From the NCBI GenBank assembly GCA_965195285.1, contig CBDAFS010000062.1, forward strand, positions 139,165 through 203,164: DNA of 64,000 bases, given 5' to 3'. Source of the DNA: an uncultured Aminicenantes bacterium (GTDB taxonomy: Bacteria > Acidobacteriota > Aminicenantia > UBA2199). The notes below the pieces were generated by a model, which ran no database searches, was not told the DNA's origin, and worked only from the letters and a program-made list of their open reading frames with translations. The position numbers were made by a program, and so were the translations under genes. This document shows, in pieces, positions 45,139 to 54,360 of the stretch. Positions within the stretch are counted from its first letter, which is position 1; every line of letters starts with the position of its first letter.

Positions 45139-47310
45139 TCAATGACTGACCTCGCTGATCAAGCGATCCAGTCGATTCCGATCACCGGGGGACAATCTAC
45201 GGTATAATCTTTTTTTACACCGGGAAAAATAATGAAGGGCCAAATCTTTATCTCCGGATTTCAGATATGAGACACCAATATTGAAATAGGAATCTGCAAA
45301 ATCCGGATTGCTATTAATGGCTTTCTTCCAATCCTCCTGAGCCAGGCTCAGGTTATTCTTGAAAAAATAGGCCGATGCCCTTCCATTCAACGCCGAATAG
45401 AGAACCGGATCTATCTCCAGAGCCTTATTAAAATTCCGCATGGCCATCTCGTATGCCCTTTCATCACGATTTTTTTGATAGACCACCAGGTAAAGGGAAC
45501 CCATGTTGTTGTACCCCGGGGCATAGTTATGATCCAGCTCCAGGACTTGACGGTACCGGGCCAGCGCGGATTTAAAATCACCCTTTTTAAAGTAGGCCAC
45601 TCCCAGGTAATTAAACACCTCGGGATCATATTGGTCTTCCTTAACACACAGCTCCAACAGGGATATGGCTTCATCGATGATACCGGCCTCGGTCAGCATA
45701 ATCCCCAGTTTGGACATGAGGTTCACATTGCCGGGGTTTTTTTCCAGGCCCTGTCTTAAAATTTTTACCGCGTTTTTCACCTGGCCAATATTTTTATATA
45801 TGCTTGCCATATTCCGGTAAACCAGTATAAAAGAGGGACTCTTCTCCACCACTTCCATCAATCCTTTCAGGGCATCGCTGTATTTTCCCCTCTGGTAGGC
45901 ATCCAGGGCATCCAGCATTTTATTCTGAAGGGGCAGCAGGGTTTTAAGATCATCGGCCCGGGTAAAATTCTTTTTCCGGGTTGATGATCTTCCTGAAAGG
46001 TAGCCCAGGGTTTCCAGTTTCTTACGGGTGTCCGGATCTATTTTTTTGGATCGGTTCAGCCTCAAATCGCCTTCCAATTGATTCCGAAGCTTTTTCAAGT
46101 CCGCCTTGAATTTTTTTATTTCGATCTCAGCAGCCAGGTTGGAATTTTCCTGAATATCCTGGCGCAGGTCATAAACCTCTTCGATGGGTAAGTTAATGAA
46201 CTTGATATCTTCCTGAATGAAACCCCGGAGCGGTGCCCATCCACGATTCAAGTAAGGGGTCATGGACTCAAAATATATTTTTTTCTGCTGGCGCTTGCCG
46301 CCTCTGATGATAGGCAACAATGATTCCCCCTGCAGGTGGGCGGGGATTTTATAGTCGAGAAGGTCGCAAATGGTGGGAAATATGTCTGTATGGCACACAT
46401 TCTCCTCAATGAATCCCCCGCTGGTCTCGGGAATATGAATGATCAGGGGAATCAGAATGGTGTTATTGTAGGCAAAATAGGCATGGGTTTTTTCTCCTTT
46501 TTCTCCCAGGGCCTCGCCATGATCACCGGTTATGATGATTAGGGTATCGGAATTCAACTTCCGGTCCGAAAGAAAATCAAAAAGTATTCCCAGCTGAGTG
46601 TCCACATAGGCCACTTCTCCGGAATACAAATCATGTTCATACTGTTTATCATAGGGAGCCGGGGGCAGGTAGGGTTGATGGGGATCAAACAGATGAATCC
46701 AGGCAAACCATTTTGACTGTTGCCCGGAGATCCAGTTAACCGACCGTTCGATTACTTCTTCGGCCCTTCTCTCCACAAAGAAGAAATCCATGCTGCTGTG
46801 GGTACCGTAATCATCATCATACAAATCAAAACCCTGAGCCAGACCAAAACGGGAATCCAGGGGAAAAGCACCGATAAAGGCCGCTGTTTCATACTTTTTC
46901 TCTTTCAGGTATTCAGCCACGGATAAAAATTTATCTTCCAATATAAACCCGGAATTGTCTGCGATACCGTGATAAAGGGGAGTGGTTCCGGTTAAAATAT
47001 TGACATGGGAAGGCAACGTAACCGGATTGTGGGAAAAGGCCCGTTTGAACACAAAGGATTTTCGGGCAATCCCATCTAAATGGGGAGTTTTCACATATTG
47101 AGAATTCACAATGCCCAGGCGGTCATATCGCCAGGTATCAATTGTAATCAGTAATACGTTGTAATTGTTTTTACGGACAAAATTGATTTTTTTGCTCCCG
47201 GAAACTTTTCCGGTTACCCCGGCAGCGGTATTACTGTCCCGGCAGCAGAAAAAAGATACAGCAAAAAAAACGATAGCCAGGAATTTAAAAATTTTCATCA
47301 ACAAATTCAA
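45139..47310 (-). CDS. Sulfatase-like hydrolase/transferase lipoprotein with C-terminal TPRs
   Basis: ITIDTWRYD, TLPSH, FDPH, GDHGE, LETLGYL, then TPR repeats. Confidence 0.85.
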   Translation of the reverse strand: MNLLMKIFKFLAIVFFAVSFFCCRDSNTAAGVTGKVSGSKKINFVRKNNYNVLLITIDTWRYDRLGIVNSQYVKTPHLDGIARKSFVFKRAFSHNPVTLPSHVNILTGTTPLYHGIADNSGFILEDKFLSVAEYLKEKKYETAAFIGAFPLDSRFGLAQGFDLYDDDYGTHSSMDFFFVERRAEEVIERSVNWISGQQSKWFAWIHLFDPHQPYLPPAPYDKQYEHDLYSGEVAYVDTQLGILFDFLSDRKLNSDTLIIITGDHGEALGEKGEKTHAYFAYNNTILIPLIIHIPETSGGFIEENVCHTDIFPTICDLLDYKIPAHLQGESLLPIIRGGKRQQKKIYFESMTPYLNRGWAPLRGFIQEDIKFINLPIEEVYDLRQDIQENSNLAAEIEIKKFKADLKKLRNQLEGDLRLNRSKKIDPDTRKKLETLGYLSGRSSTRKKNFTRADDLKTLLPLQNKMLDALDAYQRGKYSDALKGLMEVVEKSPSFILVYRNMASIYKNIGQVKNAVKILRQGLEKNPGNVNLMSKLGIMLTEAGIIDEAISLLELCVKEDQYDPEVFNYLGVAYFKKGDFKSALARYRQVLELDHNYAPGYNNMGSLYLVVYQKNRDERAYEMAMRNFNKALEIDPVLYSALNGRASAYFFKNNLSLAQEDWKKAINSNPDFADSYFNIGVSYLKSGDKDLALHYFSRCKKRLYRRLSPGDRNRLDRLISEVSH

Positions 47311-47313
47311 TTA

Positions 47314-48252
47314 TTACTTGGAAAAGGCCTCAACAATGGCTTTAGCCGTTTCAAAGTTTGGCGACTCGGGATCCAGTTCCATAAACTTTTTCAGGGCTAT
47401 CAGGGCTTCCGGAATCTTATTGAGAGCCGTGTAGGTCATGCCCAATTGATAGAAACCATCAGCAAACTCATCAAATACCTGGGTTGATTTTTGAAAATAC
47501 TTGATGGCATTATCGTACTGGGCTTTGTTGTAGAGAATAACCCCGATGTTATACAAGGTATCGATATTATCAATATCTTCAAACGACACCTTTTTGAACC
47601 ATGTCATGGCATCATCAAATTTATTCATATTGTTGTAGGCATTTCCGATTGAAATCAGAAGCTCTTTGTTTTTCGGGTATTTTTCAACCGCTTTGATATA
47701 GAATTCAATGGCCTTGGGATAATTTTCCTCCATGGCAAAACTGTTCCCGACATACAGGTTGACAATGGCTATCCCCTCGCTGTCTTTGTTCTTTTCCAGT
47801 ATGGTAAAGAATTTTTCGCGGGCTTCGCTGAACTTTTTCTCAGCCACCAGTTTATTGGCCGCATCAATCTCTCTGAGAATAATTTCTTCCAGGGCAGGGC
47901 CTTCAACCTTTTTCAATTTGATATCAATACTTGGTTTTTTGACTCCCGGAGTGGTTTGCACAGTGAAACTGATTTTTTTGGTTTCATAACCCGCTTTTTC
48001 AAAATCAATATTCCAAAGCCCCCCTCTCAGGTACATGGCCTTCCAATATCCCTCTTTATTTGTTTTGGGTGAAATCCGATGAAATGCCTTGGCTCTGATA
48101 CAAAACAGCTTTAGGGTGACTCCTTCAATCGGCTGTCCGGTTTCTTCATCAACCACGGTACCCGTCATCTTCCCCTTGCCAGACGTTGCCTGAGAGAACA
48201 GAGAAAAAACCAGACCAAAAGCCAGCACACCCACGATGATTGTTTTTTTCAT
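47314..48252 (-). CDS. Carboxypeptidase-regulatory-like domain + TPR protein
   Basis: Signal peptide, GTVVDEETGQPIEG, TPR repeats. Confidence 0.8.
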   Translation of the reverse strand: MKKTIIVGVLAFGLVFSLFSQATSGKGKMTGTVVDEETGQPIEGVTLKLFCIRAKAFHRISPKTNKEGYWKAMYLRGGLWNIDFEKAGYETKKISFTVQTTPGVKKPSIDIKLKKVEGPALEEIILREIDAANKLVAEKKFSEAREKFFTILEKNKDSEGIAIVNLYVGNSFAMEENYPKAIEFYIKAVEKYPKNKELLISIGNAYNNMNKFDDAMTWFKKVSFEDIDNIDTLYNIGVILYNKAQYDNAIKYFQKSTQVFDEFADGFYQLGMTYTALNKIPEALIALKKFMELDPESPNFETAKAIVEAFSK

Positions 48253-48397
48253 GAATACCTCCTTGGAATTAAGTTGACAAAAATCGTGTCACTAATTTTC
48301 AAGTGAAATTATACCACCATATGGGTTAAAATCAAAACAATTTTTATGAAAAAACCGTTAACAGAAAAACCGACATAATGGTAGAGATTGCCTGATT

Positions 48398-49273
48398 TCA
48401 GGATTGAAAAATTGTACTTCGAAAGGCAAAAACCAGATCCCCTTTCTCTAAGCCGGTATACCGGGCCACCACATCACATTTAACCTTGAAGGCAAAAAGG
48501 ATGTTTTCAGCTTCGGCTTCCATGGTTTCAAAATTTCCCTGGCCCTTGGAGATGATCAAATCAGCAGCATGATAAACCGCTTTGAAATCACTACTGGATT
48601 TTACCACCCGGGTTCCGGCAAAGGTGGATCCGGTTTCCATAATGGTTGCATATTGATTGATGCCGATAAATTCAGCATCCTCCTTCAATACATCATTAAT
48701 GGCCGGTTTTGACCTCACCCCGTAAAAAAAAACCGCCTGGGGGTTGACCTTTTTCATCTGTTCCAGAAACAGGAGATCAAACACTGCCTCACCCGCATTA
48801 TCTGCCAGTACAAGAATTTGTTTGCCGGACAGCAGCCGGTCCCTGAATACGGAAAAATCATTGAGCGTCAACTGCAGGGATTGATATTTCTTAAACAGGT
48901 CATCATCATCATACAATTCCACCCCGCCATAATCAATCATATTACCGATGAGGGCATAGAACACAGCGGTAAACAGCGGATCATTCGAACGCGTGATCTC
49001 ATCCCGGAAATACCCTATTTTATTCATGACCATCATATTCTGTTCTTTTCTCAGGCCTTTATAGGGGTCTTGTACCCCGCTCACTTTTATGAATATATCG
49101 TATATATGTTCGGCAAATTCGGGAGCAGTCATGGACAGGAAGTCCATCCGGGGAATTTTATCCAGAGCCTGGTGGAAAATGTCATTGGTTATGGCCTCAC
49201 TGCAATTTAAAAAAGCGGACACCCTCAATATTTGATTCAACACACACAACACACAGGGATTTTTCATATTCAT
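48398..49273 (-). CDS. DUF89/ARMT1-like damage-control phosphatase
   Basis: CVLC, DPY, GNMID, DNAGE, INDV, SKGQGNFE, KC. Confidence 0.85.
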   Translation of the reverse strand: MNMKNPCVLCVLNQILRVSAFLNCSEAITNDIFHQALDKIPRMDFLSMTAPEFAEHIYDIFIKVSGVQDPYKGLRKEQNMMVMNKIGYFRDEITRSNDPLFTAVFYALIGNMIDYGGVELYDDDDLFKKYQSLQLTLNDFSVFRDRLLSGKQILVLADNAGEAVFDLLFLEQMKKVNPQAVFFYGVRSKPAINDVLKEDAEFIGINQYATIMETGSTFAGTRVVKSSSDFKAVYHAADLIISKGQGNFETMEAEAENILFAFKVKCDVVARYTGLEKGDLVFAFRSTIFQS

Positions 49274-49348
49274 TTTTCTATTCCAGCCATTATACCACAA
49301 AACACATCAAATAAATTCGAACCTGTATAAACATTGAACCCGATGAGA

Positions 49349-49395
49349 TCACCATACTTAGGTGGTATTTGGAGTCGAGCCACTATATATTGTGT
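49349..49395. promoter_or_regulatory. Tandem NrdR-box-like operators
   Basis: cCACTATATATTGTGt (49380-49395) matches the acaCwAtATaTwGtg consensus; degenerate copy tCACCATACTTAGGTg 31 bp upstream. Confidence 0.6.
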
Positions 49396-49526
49396 GTAAA
49401 ATAAAAAAAATGTGCAAAAAGCCTTGACAACCGGGAAGCAAAAATAATACAATACAATCAAAAGTCAGCTGGGAACTGATGAACAAATTGATCTATGAGC
49501 GGGTGAATTTTTTCAAGGAGAAATAA

Positions 49527-49847
49527 ATGAAAGAATTAATTGATGCCAATGATTCTAACTTTAATCAATTTTTGGATGATCCGAAAACCATTATCGTCGA
49601 TTTCTGGGCACCCTCCTGTGTGCCCTGTAAATTGCTGGAACCGGAATTGAAAAAAATTGCCTCATCTTACGATTCCCAGGTTAAAATCATTAAAATCAAT
49701 GTCAATGAAAATCCAAGAACCTCATCCAAATATATGATCAGAGGACTCCCTACCCTGCTTTTTATCCGAGATGGAAGTGTGAAGTCCCAGCTCATCGGTG
49801 CCGTAAATCCTAGAGAAATCGAACAGAAACTTCAGGAATTCATCTAA
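49527..49847 (+). CDS. trxA: Thioredoxin
   Basis: DFWAPSCVPC, GLPT; TTGACA-N18-TACAAT promoter. Confidence 0.85.
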   Translation: MKELIDANDSNFNQFLDDPKTIIVDFWAPSCVPCKLLEPELKKIASSYDSQVKIIKINVNENPRTSSKYMIRGLPTLLFIRDGSVKSQLIGAVNPREIEQKLQEFI

Positions 49848-49864
49848 ATCCTTTTCCTCCGGTT

Positions 49865-50872
49865 ATGAAAAAAGCGTTGTTGTGGATACCCCTTTCAAAC
49901 CACCGGGTCAAATGCAACCTGTGTCCCCATTCCTGCAGTTTGAAAGAGGGACAGCTGGGTCTATGCATGGTCAGGAAGAATATCAAAGGTGAATTGATTT
50001 CCCTGAACTATGATAAAATTGCAGCTATCCATTCGGATCCAATTGAAAAAAAACCCCTGTACCATTTCCTTCCCGCATCCCAATCCTTATCCATTGCCAC
50101 CATGGGATGTAATTTCAAATGTAAATTCTGCCAGAACCATTCGCTTTCAATGGTCAGTGACCAGAACCAGATATCCGGCGAGAAAAAATCACCCCGGGAA
50201 TTGATCGATCTGGCCCTGGAATCCGGTTCACATTCCATTTCCTACACCTATACCGAGCCAACTATTTTTTTTGAACTCATGCTGGAAACCGCCAAACTGG
50301 CCAAACAGGAGGGTCTGAAAAACGTCATGGTCACCAATGGCTATATGAGCCGGGAAGCCCTTTCCATGATCGCCCCCTACCTGGATGCAGCCAATATAGA
50401 TTTAAAAGCATTTACCGATGCTTTCTACCAGAAATATTGCCATGCCCACCTGGACCCGGTGCTTGATACCATCAAACGGATGAGAGAACTCGGAATCTGG
50501 ATCGAAGTCACCACCCTCCTGATTCCCGGATTAAACGATGACCAAACCGAAGTCGGACAATTGATACGTTTTCTTCATGATCTGGATGTAAATATCCCAT
50601 GGCATGTATCCCGTTTTTTTCCCCATTACCAGCTCATGGACACATCGCCGACCAATGTCTCGGATATCACCGCATTTCTGGAATCCGCCAGAAGCAGGGG
50701 GCTGAAATATCTCTATGGCGGAAATTTTATGTCCAAGGAATGGGCCAACACCCATTGTCCTGAGTGCGGGGCCCTCTTGATTGAGAGAAATGGCTATTCC
50801 ACCTTGATCCAAAACCTGTCAGCGGGAAATTGCACCGGTTGTGGAAATCCCATTCCCGGTATCTGGGAATAG
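49865..50872 (+). CDS. amrS: AmmeMemoRadiSam system radical SAM enzyme
   Basis: CNLCPHSC..C, DPIEKKPLYHF, CNFKCKFCQN, YTYTEP, C-terminal Zn knuckles. Confidence 0.9.
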   Translation: MKKALLWIPLSNHRVKCNLCPHSCSLKEGQLGLCMVRKNIKGELISLNYDKIAAIHSDPIEKKPLYHFLPASQSLSIATMGCNFKCKFCQNHSLSMVSDQNQISGEKKSPRELIDLALESGSHSISYTYTEPTIFFELMLETAKLAKQEGLKNVMVTNGYMSREALSMIAPYLDAANIDLKAFTDAFYQKYCHAHLDPVLDTIKRMRELGIWIEVTTLLIPGLNDDQTEVGQLIRFLHDLDVNIPWHVSRFFPHYQLMDTSPTNVSDITAFLESARSRGLKYLYGGNFMSKEWANTHCPECGALLIERNGYSTLIQNLSAGNCTGCGNPIPGIWE

Positions 50873-50884
50873 AAGCGAGCGAAT

Positions 50885-51856
50885 TCACTTTTTTAACAGA
50901 TCTGAAAATATTAGCTTAATGTAAAAACCCACATCCGGAGTCGTATCCATCGGAGGTAAATCTTCAACAATTCCGATCTCGATCTTTTTCGAAAACCGGT
51001 AACCGATATAAAGCTGGTGGGCATTACTGGAAAAATAACCGGACTTGAAGGGCGATGTTTTTAAAATCAATCCGGCCAGGAAACCCCGAAATCCCAATTC
51101 GAGGTTGTAAATAAAGATTACGGATTTTAGACTCTCTCCATTCAGCCACTCGGGAGTATTTATAAATGAAGTATAAACGGAAGCCTCCACCCTGAAATGG
51201 TTCCGGGCAAACGTTCCCAGTATACCCCCCCCCCAGAACATCCGGTCAGAGACAAAACCGGGTTTGGATAAAAGGGGAATACCCAGAAATAACCGCCCGG
51301 ACAGGTTGAAATTACGGCTGTGGCCCAGACTCTTGAAAACCGAAAAAACCAGCGGTGAACTGGTCCCGGTTGAATGATTATATAAAAAATATTCTTGAAA
51401 AAAATAATTCACCGTATTGGACGGATAGTTGTCTCTTCGGGCAGAGGGAAGGTTAAAAAAATCATGAAAAGCCTCAATCCCTCCATCCAGAAAACCGCCG
51501 CAGACTGCAAGATAGCGGTAATACAATTCAAGTGCGAATCCCTCCGATATCCCGTACCGAAAGGAAAGGGTGAAACTGGAGATTTCAAAATCAGTGATCC
51601 CGGTTTCATTAAAATCTAAAGAATAAATATTCGAATAATCGGCCTTCAAACCGATTGATAATTGCTTCTGTTTCAAGAGCGAGCTGTCGGAGTAGGGGAA
51701 AAGAGCCAGAGATTGTACCAGGGGGAATTCCACATCGCTTTTCAATCCAACAGTAAACACAATGAGAATCAGGAAAACAAAAGTAATTCCTTTTCCATGG
51801 GTCGCCATGGCAGCTATTTCTCCTCTTGATTTAAGGCACAACCTTAGCATATTCAA
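50885..51856 (-). CDS. DUF3187-like outer membrane protein (start uncertain)
   Basis: GGFLD..IE.FH..F.LP...R and ED.....TPD motifs; beta-strand pattern. Confidence 0.65.
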   Translation of the reverse strand: MNMLRLCLKSRGEIAAMATHGKGITFVFLILIVFTVGLKSDVEFPLVQSLALFPYSDSSLLKQKQLSIGLKADYSNIYSLDFNETGITDFEISSFTLSFRYGISEGFALELYYRYLAVCGGFLDGGIEAFHDFFNLPSARRDNYPSNTVNYFFQEYFLYNHSTGTSSPLVFSVFKSLGHSRNFNLSGRLFLGIPLLSKPGFVSDRMFWGGGILGTFARNHFRVEASVYTSFINTPEWLNGESLKSVIFIYNLELGFRGFLAGLILKTSPFKSGYFSSNAHQLYIGYRFSKKIEIGIVEDLPPMDTTPDVGFYIKLIFSDLLKK

Positions 51857-51961
51857 ATATCCAATTCAAGTCTCCTTTTCATTTCCGATCAGGACTATTG
51901 TTTTCCAACATCAATTACTTGATTTTATAATGATAAATCGATAATATCCAGGGGGAATCAC

Positions 51962-54349
51962 ATGAAAGGAAATTCCAGAATCTATCTCATTGTCTTTTCT
52001 GCTTCCGTGTGCAGCCTGGCGTTTGAAATCACCCTGACCCGGATCTTTTCCATCTCGCTCTGGTACCACTTTGCCTTCATGGCAATCAGTATTGCCATGT
52101 TAGGGCTGGGGCTCAGCGGTACCGTTCTGTCTCTTTTCCCCCGGGCCAGGCAAATTTCCAGAATCGATATTTACTTGATTTTGCAGGGTATTTCCATGGT
52201 CCTCGGCTACTTATTGATCAATCAGATTCCCTTTGATCCGGTCCGGTTTCAGTGGGCGAAAATTCAGTTTCTTTATGTCGGATGTTACTACCTTATCCTG
52301 TTACTGCCATTTTTTTTCACCGGCCTGATCATAGCCACGGCATTCCATTCCCTGAGTAACAAATCAGGGATTCTATATGCAGCCGATCTACTGGGGGCAG
52401 GAATCGGATCAGTCGGGATATTGTTCCTGCTGCACCATCTTTCTCCGGAATACAGCCTGTTCCTACTCTCCCTGTCAATTTTTTTTCTATCCCTCTGGCT
52501 GGGAAGAAAAAAACAGAAAATAATAGCCGCGGCCGGAATTCTGTTCTTAGCCACTTTGATTTTCCTGGCACCGGATTTCATGAAAATCAGAATTTCTCCC
52601 TATAAAGAATTATCCCTGGCACTCCGGTATCCGGGAGCCCTTCACCTGAACACATTTCATAATGCCTTTTCAAGAGTAGATATATTCAAGAGCCCTGCCA
52701 TTCGGTATGCCCCGGGATTAAGCTTGAAATATCAGCAGGCGCTCCCCGAGCAGATCGGGTGTTCCACCGACGGTGACCAGCTGGTTGCCCTAACCGGAAT
52801 TCAGGACAAATCAAAGTTCGATTTTCTTTCTTTTCTGCCTTCGGCACTGGTATATGAAATCGGACACCCGGGAGATGTCCTTATCATTGATCCCCGGGGG
52901 GGACTTCCGGTTTTGATGGCCCGCCATTACCATGCCAATCACATCCAAAAAGTCGAATCCAATAGCCTGCTGGTGGAGCTGATACAAAACCATTACAATG
53001 ATTACTCGGGCCACATCTATGCCCAAAATACCAGCAAGGGACTGGGCAGAACCTGGCTGAAATCCCATTCCTGCAAATATGATATCATTGATATTTCCCT
53101 GATGAACAGTATTCCGTCCGGCGTTGCCGGTCTGTCTGAAGACTACCGCTTCACGGTGGAAGCATTTCGGGAATACTGGTCGCATCTTAAAAAGGACGGA
53201 TTCCTGAGTATGAACCTGTATATCCTGCCTCCACCCAGGCATGCACTCCGCCTGCTGGCCACTCTGGTTGAAGCCCTTAGAGAGTCGGGCATCAACCGGC
53301 CTGATCAGCACCTGATGGCCATCCGCAGCTGGGGAAGCATTTCTCTGGTGGTCAAGCGAAGTCCCCTAAAATCCGGGGACATAAATCGGGCAAAGGATTT
53401 TACCGGCCACCAAATGTTTGATATGATCGCCTATCCGGGAATCACCTCATCTGACAGCAATATCTTTATCAAATCAGCAGAAAATATTTATTTTAATGCC
53501 TTCAGCCAAATTATGGATTCATCCCAAAGAAACAACTTCATTGAAACTTACATTTTCGATATTTCACCGGTATACGATGATCAACCTTTTTTTCATTATT
53601 TTCTGAAATTCAAAAATATCAAGGATGTTTACCGGGTGACCGGGCAAAAATGGGACTTTTTCATTCGCGAGGGATACCTTCTCCCCATTATTCTCATCCA
53701 GGTCGTTTTTCTCAGCTTGATTCTGATAGCCCTTCCGGCCCTAATCCGAACCAGAAAAGAACCTAAATCCGGGTCGCAAAAAAATAAAATGCCCATACTG
53801 ATATATTTTTCTTTGTTAGGAATGGGGTTCATGTTCGTTGAAATTGTGCTGATTCAAAAACTGATGCTCCTGCTAACCGATCCCCTGATGGCCATTTCCG
53901 CCGGCCTGGCCTCGGTGCTGATCGGGGCCGGCATCGGAGGTTTTTTGAGTTCTAAATTCAAACATCTGCAGAAACCCTATTCCATTCTGGTCCTGCCCCC
54001 GCTCATTATCCTTTATGTGTATCTATTGCCGATCATCTCTAAAACCTTTGTACACTGGCCCCTGGCCCTTAAATTCCCGCTGATCGCATTGATCATCCTG
54101 CCCATCGGGATTTTCCTGGGAATTCCATTCCCGTCAGGAATGAAAATCCTCGGAGAGACTCATCAAAATCTGATACCCTGGGCCTGGACGGTAAACGGCT
54201 GCCTGGCCGTGGCCACACCCATTTTAACCATGTTGATCAGCCTGAGTTACGGATTCAACTCCATACTCTGGATCGGTGCGGTCATCTATTTTTTAGCCTT
54301 TGTTTCCATTTTTGTCTATCAAAAACGAATAAAAATCCCCGCACGCTAA
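51962..54349 (+). CDS. Polytopic membrane protein with central spermidine-synthase-like SAM-binding domain
   Basis: FEITLTRIFS, YAADLLGAG, TVEAF, WAWTVNG; TM blocks at both ends. Confidence 0.8.
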   Translation: MKGNSRIYLIVFSASVCSLAFEITLTRIFSISLWYHFAFMAISIAMLGLGLSGTVLSLFPRARQISRIDIYLILQGISMVLGYLLINQIPFDPVRFQWAKIQFLYVGCYYLILLLPFFFTGLIIATAFHSLSNKSGILYAADLLGAGIGSVGILFLLHHLSPEYSLFLLSLSIFFLSLWLGRKKQKIIAAAGILFLATLIFLAPDFMKIRISPYKELSLALRYPGALHLNTFHNAFSRVDIFKSPAIRYAPGLSLKYQQALPEQIGCSTDGDQLVALTGIQDKSKFDFLSFLPSALVYEIGHPGDVLIIDPRGGLPVLMARHYHANHIQKVESNSLLVELIQNHYNDYSGHIYAQNTSKGLGRTWLKSHSCKYDIIDISLMNSIPSGVAGLSEDYRFTVEAFREYWSHLKKDGFLSMNLYILPPPRHALRLLATLVEALRESGINRPDQHLMAIRSWGSISLVVKRSPLKSGDINRAKDFTGHQMFDMIAYPGITSSDSNIFIKSAENIYFNAFSQIMDSSQRNNFIETYIFDISPVYDDQPFFHYFLKFKNIKDVYRVTGQKWDFFIREGYLLPIILIQVVFLSLILIALPALIRTRKEPKSGSQKNKMPILIYFSLLGMGFMFVEIVLIQKLMLLLTDPLMAISAGLASVLIGAGIGGFLSSKFKHLQKPYSILVLPPLIILYVYLLPIISKTFVHWPLALKFPLIALIILPIGIFLGIPFPSGMKILGETHQNLIPWAWTVNGCLAVATPILTMLISLSYGFNSILWIGAVIYFLAFVSIFVYQKRIKIPAR

Positions 54350-54360
54350 TAAATTCGGAT

